DNA from: a virus
Taxonomy: Duplodnaviria; Caudoviricetes
DNA: 64,000 nucleotides
IMG/VR virus record: IMGVR_UViG_3300033067_002581
Location: 1-64,000 of that record
Direction: 5' to 3' (one strand)
In this document: piece after piece, positions 45,230-53,710 of the stretch
Layout: each line of letters starts with the position of its first letter
How positions within the stretch are numbered: the first letter of the stretch is position 1
Translations under genes and position numbers: made by a program
Notes under the pieces: model-generated
Told to the model about the DNA's origin: nothing
The model's database searches: none
The model's input: the letters and a program-made list of their open reading frames with translations, nothing else

Positions 45230-46197
45230 CCCTTGTACCTCCCAAAAGCAGTAACGATGTCATCAACATTAAGGCTTGATGTGCCCTCCTGCACCAATAC
45301 AGCGTACATCGAGACAACGTCAACCGGTGATCGAGGCGTCTGAAGAAGAGCGCAGATCTGAGACGCTTTCGCAGGCGACAGGCTGGTGATGTCAAGCTTG
45401 ACCAGCTCCCAATTCCTGCGAATCAGCTTCTCAGCGTTTGCTATCCTCTCGCAAGAGTGTGACTCGTGCCTGTGAGATGACGCAAAATTGATGACATCAT
45501 CCAGTATGACACCGCGCTCACGCACCAAGCTTACGCTCTTCACTAGCGTCTTAAAACCGATCCTAGACACGCCAGGGATGTTGTCGCTCGGATCGCCACA
45601 GACAGCCTTCGCTATGCCAAAATTCTCAGCAAGTATCCCATACTCATCATAGACATCAGACGCTGTGAGGACTCGCTTCTTATGAAACGAAAACTGCGTC
45701 ACCCTGTCAGACAGGAGCTGATGCATGTCCTTATCAGATGACGCGATCATCACTGGTCTCTTGATAAGAGGTCCACACGTCAGGTACGCTATCACATCAT
45801 CGCCCTCAACATCTTCAGCATATAGCTGCCAAACAGGGAGGCAGCGAAGCAGTTTCACGAGAGCTATCGTCTGGTGGACTCTGTTCTCATCAGAATCTGG
45901 GATGTCATCTGCGTAAAACCTGTTTAGCTTCTCTGGCCTGCGATTCATCTTGTAATCAGCGTATATGTTCCTCCTCCTAGAGGAGCCTCCACCTTCCCAC
46001 ACGATGATCACACCGCTTGGCGCATAATCGTTAACCAACTTTGTCAGCGTCTTCATGAACCCAACGAAGCCACCGAGCTGGTAGCCATGAGAGCTGACTG
46101 ACGGATAAGCGCAATACGCTCTCACAAAAGCGTTACTACCATCTACGATCAAAACTGGCGCAGCGCTAGACTCAGAATTCAGAACGTCTGCACTCAT
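45214..46197 (-). CDS. 5'-3' exonuclease (FEN family), copy 2
   Basis: VDGSN, YKMNR, EGDDVIAY, SSDKD, GDPSDNIPG. Confidence 0.92.
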   Translation of the reverse strand: MSADVLNSESSAAPVLIVDGSNAFVRAYCAYPSVSSHGYQLGGFVGFMKTLTKLVNDYAPSGVIIVWEGGGSSRRRNIYADYKMNRRPEKLNRFYADDIPDSDENRVHQTIALVKLLRCLPVWQLYAEDVEGDDVIAYLTCGPLIKRPVMIASSDKDMHQLLSDRVTQFSFHKKRVLTASDVYDEYGILAENFGIAKAVCGDPSDNIPGVSRIGFKTLVKSVSLVRERGVILDDVINFASSHRHESHSCERIANAEKLIRRNWELVKLDITSLSPAKASQICALLQTPRSPVDVVSMYAVLVQEGTSSLNVDDIVTAFGRYKGCMIT

Positions 46198-46321
46198 GTG
46201 ATCTCCTGATGTCGCCTGACAACGCTCGAATCGAACCGATCATGTCAATCATTGATCCACCTAATCCAGCAACCGCGCGTGTCGATCTGAGACTGATACA
46301 GCGATTCTTAGATCGACAATA

Positions 46322-46837
46322 TCACCTGGTAGAAGATCTAATGTTGCTGTCATCAGTCGATCCGAACCCAGCACCTTTTCTGTCAGTTGACAGAACGATG
46401 TTTTTTGGAGCTGGGTGCGCGTGTCTATAGAAGACGATCTGCGCTATCTTCTGCTTCGCACCGATAAAGAGCGCAGCACCAGAGACGTTACACATCACGA
46501 CTTTTATTTCGCCACCAAGATAAATCGGATCTATGATCCCGCCGATAGGGAACGCTGCTTGGATAGCTATTGATGACCTTCCCTCTATCTTTGGAAAGCA
46601 TCTTCGAGAGCAATGAGCGAGGCCGACACCGGTCTTGACGATCGAGACGCCTGGCGCTAGAATCACATCATCAAGCGCATAGACATCATATCCGACATCA
46701 CCATCATGCGCCACAGCTGGCAGTGTCGCTCTATCATCAAGTCGCTTGAACTCAGCGCTTAAAAACAGCGCTCGTTTTATTCTAAGCGCTATGTTTCGAA
46801 GCGTCGTGACGTCGATAAAGACTGGTGTCACGATCAC
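46322..46837 (-). CDS. dut: Trimeric dUTPase
   Basis: GYDV, GRSS, GIID..Y.G, IAQ, RKGAGFGST. Confidence 0.9.
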   Translation of the reverse strand: MIVTPVFIDVTTLRNIALRIKRALFLSAEFKRLDDRATLPAVAHDGDVGYDVYALDDVILAPGVSIVKTGVGLAHCSRRCFPKIEGRSSIAIQAAFPIGGIIDPIYLGGEIKVVMCNVSGAALFIGAKQKIAQIVFYRHAHPAPKNIVLSTDRKGAGFGSTDDSNIRSSTR

Positions 46838-48036
46838 TCCTTGATCTCGTCTAGTGACATGACTGACTGCGCATCATCCTGCGTATCAGACGATACGTCA
46901 TTTGGATTCACGTTAGCCGTGATATAGACAGCGTCCATCATCTGGTTGACGTGCTCCGCGAACTCTAGATCGCTCATCAGCTCACGCAGCTGTGATTTCT
47001 GAAACCTTTTCTGATAGACGATCTCGTCACCACGTACCACAGCGAGCGTGCGCCATGATCCACTAGGTGGAGCGTCATATACGTACTGACACCCGTTCGC
47101 GCCTGTCAGTGGCCCACTCTTCATAGACTCAGCGAACTGTTTAAAGATGTGATCGTGCTCTATGATCCCATATCCGAACAGTATGTTAAACGTCGCCTTC
47201 CTAAACGGACGAGACACCTTGTTCTTGACGATCGTGGCCGTCACCTCGATGCCGACGACCTCTTCATCAACCTTTATCGCCTTGCCCGCGCTAAGCTTCA
47301 CTCTGACTGACGCATGAAACGGGATCGCCGCGCCGCCAGGCGTGAACTCTGGATTACCAAAGATCACTCCGACCTTGCTCTTGATCTGGTTTAGGCACAG
47401 GAATGTCACGTTGTTTGACGCGATCAGGCCGGTGATCTTCCTCAGCGCCTTTGCGATCATCCTTGCCTGGAGTCCCATCTGCATCTTGTCGTAATCGCCC
47501 TCGAGCTCTTCTTTTGGAGCGGTGGCCGCGACTGAGTCCCAGACTATCAGTATCGGAACGTTCAGCTTGGCGTTTGCCGCGTGAATGATCGCTGACTCAG
47601 CGATCTTAAAGACCTCCTCAGTACAGTGTGTGTCACAGTATAGGAAGCGCTTGCTCACGTCAACGCCCATCTCTGACAGCTTCTCTAATGGGACGGCGTT
47701 CTCAGAATCGATGTAGACGACCATTCCACCCAGCTGCTGCACGGTGCGAGCCATGTGAAACGCGATATGTGACTTCCCACTAGACGGCGGGCCAGCGATC
47801 TCGATGATCCTGCCTTCTGGCATGCCTCCGTTGCGCCTGTTAGAGACGATGTAATCAAGCTGACGTGAACCAGTGTGAATCCATCTCTTGATATGAGTGG
47901 GCGACTCGTCAGAGCTGAGGTTGTACGCGACTCTCGTCCCGAACTCCTTGTTCAGGCTCTGGATCATAGAGCGAGAGATATCCTCCGCCTCACAGGCCTG
48001 ACCGACCTGAGGCTCTTGCTTCTTCTGTTTTGCCAA
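46834..48036 (-). CDS. recA: RecA/UvsX recombinase
   Basis: GRIIEIAGPPSSGKS, YIDSE, DSVAA, LNQ, TPGG, KNKV. Confidence 0.95.
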   Translation of the reverse strand: MAKQKKQEPQVGQACEAEDISRSMIQSLNKEFGTRVAYNLSSDESPTHIKRWIHTGSRQLDYIVSNRRNGGMPEGRIIEIAGPPSSGKSHIAFHMARTVQQLGGMVVYIDSENAVPLEKLSEMGVDVSKRFLYCDTHCTEEVFKIAESAIIHAANAKLNVPILIVWDSVAATAPKEELEGDYDKMQMGLQARMIAKALRKITGLIASNNVTFLCLNQIKSKVGVIFGNPEFTPGGAAIPFHASVRVKLSAGKAIKVDEEVVGIEVTATIVKNKVSRPFRKATFNILFGYGIIEHDHIFKQFAESMKSGPLTGANGCQYVYDAPPSGSWRTLAVVRGDEIVYQKRFQKSQLRELMSDLEFAEHVNQMMDAVYITANVNPNDVSSDTQDDAQSVMSLDEIKE

Positions 48037-48048
48037 TGTTACACCTGT

Positions 48049-48077
48049 TGGCGCAAGCGCTTAAAGCGCTTGCGCCA
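48049..48077. terminator. Strong hairpin between the SSB and recA genes (terminator, attenuator or processing site)
   Basis: TGGCGCAAGCGC-TTAAA-GCGCTTGCGCCA; no U-tract on the coding strand. Confidence 0.5.
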
Positions 48078-48089
48078 CTATTTGAGCGT

Positions 48090-48902
48090 TTAGCGCTGTG
48101 AGTCTTTGAACATGTTCTCTAGCTCATCCAGCGTCTTCTGTGACTTGTTAGCTGGCTTCGCTTCTGAGGCAGACTTGTCTGACTTTGTCGCCTCATCATC
48201 CTGCTTCTCGCCGCGCTCAGTGCCATATCCCTGATCGCCAGGTGCGCCATCATTGATCCACTGATCAAGCATGCGCTTGCACTCATCATAAGGCTTCTGC
48301 TTATAGATGTCATCAAGGCGAGGGATCTGCTTAAGCAGATCGTCGATCTCCTTCTTAGAGGACATCGCGACTGACGGCTTTCGACTAGCGTCAACAGACG
48401 TATCGTTAAACTTCTTGCCAGGCGCGCGAGAGATCGTGACCTTTAGGTCATAACCGTCTTGAAGGTCAAGGAAATCTCCGATGTCAGAATCGCAGAAGAA
48501 TCCGAGCAGCCTAGCGTGGATCTCCTTGCCGACGCTCCAGATCTTGACGCCCTCGGACTCCTTGCCACGAACGATGACAGGGATATACGCTCGAACCTTT
48601 GGTAGCAATCGCTTCGCGAGCGTCTTGTCATCTTCCTTTTTCGTGCTGAAGAGCTTGTCGCGCATCTCCTTCACTGGGTCTCTCGCGCTGAACTGAAACG
48701 GCGCCAGCAACCTGTTGTCACCAAAGTAGTAGAATGCGCGCTCGTGAAAAGGCTGGCCTGCTTCAGCGTCCGGCCATGGAAGGCAGCGGATCTTGTACTC
48801 GCCGATCTCCGGGCGCCAGGCGTTCATTCCGCCACCTGACTTTGAGCGACCTTCAGAGATCATCTTCAGTTTTTCACGAATCGCTGCGATATCGACTGCC
48901 AT
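48090..48902 (-). CDS. gp32-like single-stranded DNA-binding protein
   Basis: W.P...IRCLP, DPV, VIVRG.E.EGVKIW, GYDL, acidic tail; adjacent to recA. Confidence 0.8.
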   Translation of the reverse strand: MAVDIAAIREKLKMISEGRSKSGGGMNAWRPEIGEYKIRCLPWPDAEAGQPFHERAFYYFGDNRLLAPFQFSARDPVKEMRDKLFSTKKEDDKTLAKRLLPKVRAYIPVIVRGKESEGVKIWSVGKEIHARLLGFFCDSDIGDFLDLQDGYDLKVTISRAPGKKFNDTSVDASRKPSVAMSSKKEIDDLLKQIPRLDDIYKQKPYDECKRMLDQWINDGAPGDQGYGTERGEKQDDEATKSDKSASEAKPANKSQKTLDELENMFKDSQR

Positions 48903-48952
48903 CTGTCACTTCTCCCTTTTAAGAAGCGCTACCGTTAGGTGCGCTGTACTCG

Positions 48953-49573
48953 TCACTTGCCAAGCGAGAGATCATCTCCACGCTTCTCTTGCAAAGTAGC
49001 GAGATAGTCTGCTGTCTGCACGACATGGACCAGAGGTGGCTCCTTCAGACAGTACGTCTTGTTCTCCTGAACGACCCACCCATCATTTAGATAGATAGAC
49101 AGCCACTCGTCCTCCTTCAATGTGACACCAAAGGAGTTTAGGATGAACAACCCTCTGAGGGGCACGGACATGTACGTCAATTTGTCGTTATGAGCATACA
49201 TCTCACCGCGGTGTTCCCTACGCCATTTGTCAGGCTGCGGGACGTAATACGGGCGTTTTCCATCACCGATCTTACCCAGATCATGAAATAACGTTGCTAT
49301 GATCAGCGACTCACGATCGACTGGTATGAGCATGCTAGAGCTGTACTTGACAGCGTTGCGAAGAACGCGGAGCGAGTGCTCAACGAGCCCACCAGAAAAC
49401 GCGTTATGAAAATCAACCCTCGCCGACGCCGGAGTGACCGCCAGCTCGCTGCCTATCGCCTCTAGCATCTTAGAGATCGCGCTGCAACGCGGTTCAGACA
49501 CGCTGTGGCAGAACTTTTCATACACGTTCCAGTTTTTGACGATCTGCTCTTCGCTCAATTCTGTCAGCGGCAC
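48953..49573 (-). CDS. HD-domain phosphohydrolase
   Basis: HNAFSGGLVEHSLRV, FHDLGK, TAD. Confidence 0.88.
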   Translation of the reverse strand: MPLTELSEEQIVKNWNVYEKFCHSVSEPRCSAISKMLEAIGSELAVTPASARVDFHNAFSGGLVEHSLRVLRNAVKYSSSMLIPVDRESLIIATLFHDLGKIGDGKRPYYVPQPDKWRREHRGEMYAHNDKLTYMSVPLRGLFILNSFGVTLKEDEWLSIYLNDGWVVQENKTYCLKEPPLVHVVQTADYLATLQEKRGDDLSLGK

Positions 49574-50641
49574 TTATTTGATCCTCGAGACCTTATAGTA
49601 AAGCCTACCGACGGTATCGACATCCACGTGACCTATCTCTCCGTCACTGAGGACGCCGTGTTGATCTTGGACGATAACCGCGTCATGGATGATCGCTAGC
49701 GGTCTGACGTCTCGCGATCTGCAGATCATATCAAACCCAAGCACCGCGGCGTCAACGGCAGTTGATTGCGCAAAATCATTGATCACACAACCGTCATCAT
49801 CAAAATCATCTGACATGATCAGCCTGCCGTACGCGTTCGTGACCCGGCGTTGATCGATCGACATCGCTCTTATCGTCGTCGCGAGATCATCAAGCCTGAA
49901 CCATTCCGCTAATGCCTTAGCGTCTCTAGTCCTCGCAGACGGCGTGTTGTATAGAGCGATCACGACAGCTCGCTTAGCCGCGGCTCGATCGCTGACTGTG
50001 AGCACGTTACTCGCTAGCCACTCATACAGATCGGATCCTGAGAATTTCGCTCCAACGGTGTTAGCGATGATCGTCGGTTCAAGCGCTCGAAAATCGACAT
50101 AAAACAGAGGAGAGTCAACATCGGTTCGCAGCGTTGAGCGCAGCTCACTTCTCATGGTGAGCACAGGAGCGCCTGACGTCACGATCATCCTACCGGTGCG
50201 CGTCGATAGCCGACTGTATGAGATCCTCTTGAGTTCTCCATCTCCAGCAGAGCATGGCACAAGCGTCTCAAGAAAATCACTCACGTGACGCCAGGTGCCA
50301 TCGTAGTAAGGCCTGATGATGTCAGCCTTGGCCTCTACTGCCTGCGCTACGAATGACACCACGCAGCTCTTGAACACACGAGTCGGGAGCATCATGCTCC
50401 ACATAGGATCCGTGTCACCAAAGACCTGCTTGCTCACGATCTTGTACTCATCTGGAAACGATAGGTGAGCGTCGCTCGCCGCCAATCGAAGCATCGTGTC
50501 AAAGCAGTCGCTGGTCTTAAACTTACCTGTGTACACTGGGACGCCAACTGGCGTGTCACTGACCCACGTTCCGTCCGCGCCAGTGTCATCAAAGACGAGG
50601 TGCTTCTTAGCGCCGAGCGCGGACGCATGGATGCAGAACAT
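49574..50641 (-). CDS. Short family-A DNA polymerase-like protein (palm and fingers only)
   Basis: TRTGRM, VDFRALE, RAAAK...LY, NAYGR, AQSTAVD, IHDA. Confidence 0.75.
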   Translation of the reverse strand: MFCIHASALGAKKHLVFDDTGADGTWVSDTPVGVPVYTGKFKTSDCFDTMLRLAASDAHLSFPDEYKIVSKQVFGDTDPMWSMMLPTRVFKSCVVSFVAQAVEAKADIIRPYYDGTWRHVSDFLETLVPCSAGDGELKRISYSRLSTRTGRMIVTSGAPVLTMRSELRSTLRTDVDSPLFYVDFRALEPTIIANTVGAKFSGSDLYEWLASNVLTVSDRAAAKRAVVIALYNTPSARTRDAKALAEWFRLDDLATTIRAMSIDQRRVTNAYGRLIMSDDFDDDGCVINDFAQSTAVDAAVLGFDMICRSRDVRPLAIIHDAVIVQDQHGVLSDGEIGHVDVDTVGRLYYKVSRIK

Positions 50642-50675
50642 GAACGTGATGATTCTTCATGAGATCATGATATTA

Positions 50676-53411
50676 TCACAGCGCCAGGCCTCTGTTATCA
50701 CGCAGCTTGATAGCAACCTTCTTATCAGCGGATGAGACGTCTGCGTTGCGTGACATCGATTGGATGGCGCTTGCGACCGACGGTGCACCTTCAAGGGCGC
50801 CGTATGCATCAGCGAAACCAAACGTGACCTGCGATTCAAACTTTCCTGGTGCGATAGAGTGCGTCAGCTGCGTCACGATATACAGATTGTCAGCCGTCGT
50901 CCCAGTCATGAAATCGATGAACCACACCTGAGCGAGTTGAAGCAGAGCGCAGCCGAGTGTCGTCATCTGCAACGTTGAAGGTATGACCCTCAGCGGCAAC
51001 CCACCAGTCCCAGCACCGTTCGGCTGCGTGTTGTTCTTCTTACCAGCGCGCAGCATCTGCACTGTGGACAGAAGCGCCTCGTGCTGCGATGACAGGTTAG
51101 CGCTTATTATTGACGTCGCTGACGTACCATAAACGAGCGTTGGGACGAGAGCGGCGACGGCCGTCTTAAGCGAGGCGTTCGTGGCACCATCAATCTTCCT
51201 GACACCAGAAGAATCGCTGACTATCTGTTGAGCCAGCTGTTTGATAAGCGACACGTTGTTGGCGTCGGCTGTCTCTGCGGCTCGTCGCAGCGAGTCGCGA
51301 GACACCTCATAGAACGTTGACGACCCGTCATTAGCCCTAAGAAACGAGCCCGCGGCGCGATATGGGTGACACTGCTTGTCGTAAACGTGGATACGCATGA
51401 CCCGGCCGCCGTCTGTTGATGGCGCTGATTCAACGTATATCTCGATGACTGGTTTCCTGAAGACGCCGTGCTTGCCGAGAAGCTCTGCTGTCCTTGACTC
51501 TCGCTTAGCGTTCTGCGTCGGATCCTCAACGAATCCCGCTTTAGAATCGTACGTATAAAACGAGCGAAGTCCGTAGCCAACGGATCGCGGATCGCTGATC
51601 GTCGCGTCAGACAGCACGGACGTGAACTCCTCTATCGTGACATTCTCAGTCCCGCCGCGCTCCGCGTGCTCCCTCCACTGATCCAGAAACACCTGCATCT
51701 CTACTGGAAACTCGCCTATGTTCGTGCTGCTTACAGGACCCGCCTGCGGGTTAAGCGTGTAGAAGAACACCTGGACGTCTAGGTTGCCATCAGCTGACAG
51801 CAGCGCTGGCACGATAAACGAGCAGAAAACTTTTGCGAATGACGCGATCTTTTTCTCTGATCTCTTCACACCGCTAGTTGGCGCGGCGTTCCTGACTGAG
51901 ACAAAACCAGCGACTGGATGCTCTGGGTATTTGTCAGCGTCTGGAAGGAACGGGTCGATCCCGTCTCTCGCCTTGGAGAACTTATCTGACATCTCAGTTG
52001 AGACAGTCCTTTTAAAGGAGACCAAATCAGAAGGTAGCTGCCTCAGCTGAGCTATCAGGCGCTTCTGTTGCTGCGAGCTTACTTTTGGATCTGGTTGCTC
52101 GATCGTCTTGAGCAGGCGCGCCACTGAATCGCGCAGGTCTTGTGACGAGAAGTTGGTCAGTGAGCCTCTCTCCACACCGTCAAGCAGCTGTAGGGGTCGT
52201 ATCTCAGTCAGCGCTCCTGATTCCTGGTCCAGTCCCTTGGCGCGCCTGTACGCCGCCAGGTCATCCCTGAGCTGCGTAAGCTTGCGTAACAACGCGACAC
52301 TTGACGTTGACGACTCAGACACTTTAGTGCTCTTGATCTCAGACGCGCCCCTGGTGAACAGCTCGAGGTCAACCTTGACTGAGCCTCCGCTCTCGAACGA
52401 GTACGAGGCGTTAACGATACCATAACTCTCTCTCACTGACGACTGAGAGTTTATCAGCTCCGCGTATGGGTTTCCCGGCTCGTCTGGATGACGCCACCCA
52501 TAGGTCATATTGACCGTCGTCTTTGGATAGACTTCTGGTTTCAGAAAATCGCTGAGCTCAGTCATGCGACTGCGATCGTGCAGAACAAAGCTAAGTTTTG
52601 CACGCTTGTATGAAAACATGCCGACAGTCGGCGTGACCGATATCTCAGCGCCGAGCAGCGACGCCATCGGTCTTGTTGGATCAATCACACTGACGTATCG
52701 AGCGCCAGCTGATAGCTGCGTCGCCGACATCATTGACTGAGGCGCCGTGAAGACCTCCATCCCAGCCGTCACCGTCTCCCTGTCGCTGTTAACGCTTCTG
52801 GCGCTGTCAAGCATGACCCTGTCAGCACCAGAGGTTACGTCACTCGCTCCAAGCAGAAATTTTATAAGCCCGGGAGCCTGAGCGCCAGAATCAAACCTGG
52901 GTCTGTCAAAGACGAACTCTATGTCTAGCCTTGGCACGCAGCGAGACATGACATGCGTAGGAACCGCCGACAGAAACATCTGAGCTTGTCGCGCTCCTCT
53001 AACAGCAGGATGCACATATGGAGCGTCAATAAGCGCTATCGTCAGATCCCTGTCGTTCGCATCTGGCATGATCTGCTGCATGCTAGCCTCGAACTGCGAG
53101 CCATCGGAAGCCTTGCATAACTTCTGAGACCTACTGGTGTGTGTAGGGTATCCAGCCGTCGTGAACATTTTCAACACGTCTGCTAGCTGTTCTCTATCAG
53201 ACCTAGAGCCTTTTACAGAGACGCTATCAACTCTAGCTTTTAGCGCAGGCGTTGACAGGATCCCAGTCACTGGTGTCATCAAGAACGCGTCAAGAAGCAG
53301 TTGCGCGACGGAGTCTGACTGTCTGCCTGTCCTGAAGTCAACTGCGCCTGACAGATCAGACGGCGATAGCGCTCTGAAGATATCTTCTAACTTTGATCCG
53401 ATCGGCATCAC
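50676..53411 (-). CDS. Large baseplate hub-like structural protein
   Basis: TYGW and C-terminal NLYIVTQLTHSIAPGKFES; follows the LysM-like gene. Confidence 0.6.
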   Translation of the reverse strand: MMPIGSKLEDIFRALSPSDLSGAVDFRTGRQSDSVAQLLLDAFLMTPVTGILSTPALKARVDSVSVKGSRSDREQLADVLKMFTTAGYPTHTSRSQKLCKASDGSQFEASMQQIMPDANDRDLTIALIDAPYVHPAVRGARQAQMFLSAVPTHVMSRCVPRLDIEFVFDRPRFDSGAQAPGLIKFLLGASDVTSGADRVMLDSARSVNSDRETVTAGMEVFTAPQSMMSATQLSAGARYVSVIDPTRPMASLLGAEISVTPTVGMFSYKRAKLSFVLHDRSRMTELSDFLKPEVYPKTTVNMTYGWRHPDEPGNPYAELINSQSSVRESYGIVNASYSFESGGSVKVDLELFTRGASEIKSTKVSESSTSSVALLRKLTQLRDDLAAYRRAKGLDQESGALTEIRPLQLLDGVERGSLTNFSSQDLRDSVARLLKTIEQPDPKVSSQQQKRLIAQLRQLPSDLVSFKRTVSTEMSDKFSKARDGIDPFLPDADKYPEHPVAGFVSVRNAAPTSGVKRSEKKIASFAKVFCSFIVPALLSADGNLDVQVFFYTLNPQAGPVSSTNIGEFPVEMQVFLDQWREHAERGGTENVTIEEFTSVLSDATISDPRSVGYGLRSFYTYDSKAGFVEDPTQNAKRESRTAELLGKHGVFRKPVIEIYVESAPSTDGGRVMRIHVYDKQCHPYRAAGSFLRANDGSSTFYEVSRDSLRRAAETADANNVSLIKQLAQQIVSDSSGVRKIDGATNASLKTAVAALVPTLVYGTSATSIISANLSSQHEALLSTVQMLRAGKKNNTQPNGAGTGGLPLRVIPSTLQMTTLGCALLQLAQVWFIDFMTGTTADNLYIVTQLTHSIAPGKFESQVTFGFADAYGALEGAPSVASAIQSMSRNADVSSADKKVAIKLRDNRGLAL

Positions 53412-53710
53412 CCAGCCCTCGCGACGATGTCTAACGCTGACGCGAGATCAGGTATCTTGATCACCGTCCCGGGCGGACACTGCAACATCCATCCTATATC
53501 AGACGCGGCGGCTATCACCCACCAGTACCTTCCATCGCCATACACATCTCCAGCGATCGTATCAAGCCGCTCTGAACCCTTGACGTAGCTCTGCTTGTAG
53601 CTAATGGCGCCTGACGTCATCGCGTTCCTGATCGCTGATATCGCATCGCTCGTTCCTGTCTGCGTCGCGCCAGCGATGCGTGGCGCGCTGGCGTATCTGC
53701 TGATAGCCAT
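53408..53710 (-). CDS. LysM/tail-X-like baseplate wedge protein
   Basis: RLDTIAGDVYGDGRYWWVIA...PGTVIKIP. Confidence 0.85.
   Translation of the reverse strand: MAISRYASAPRIAGATQTGTSDAISAIRNAMTSGAISYKQSYVKGSERLDTIAGDVYGDGRYWWVIAAASDIGWMLQCPPGTVIKIPDLASALDIVARAG

Noticed and set aside
46198-46430. Small ORFs between dUTPase and the exonuclease
   Set aside because: Short, no recognisable motif or convincing start signal.
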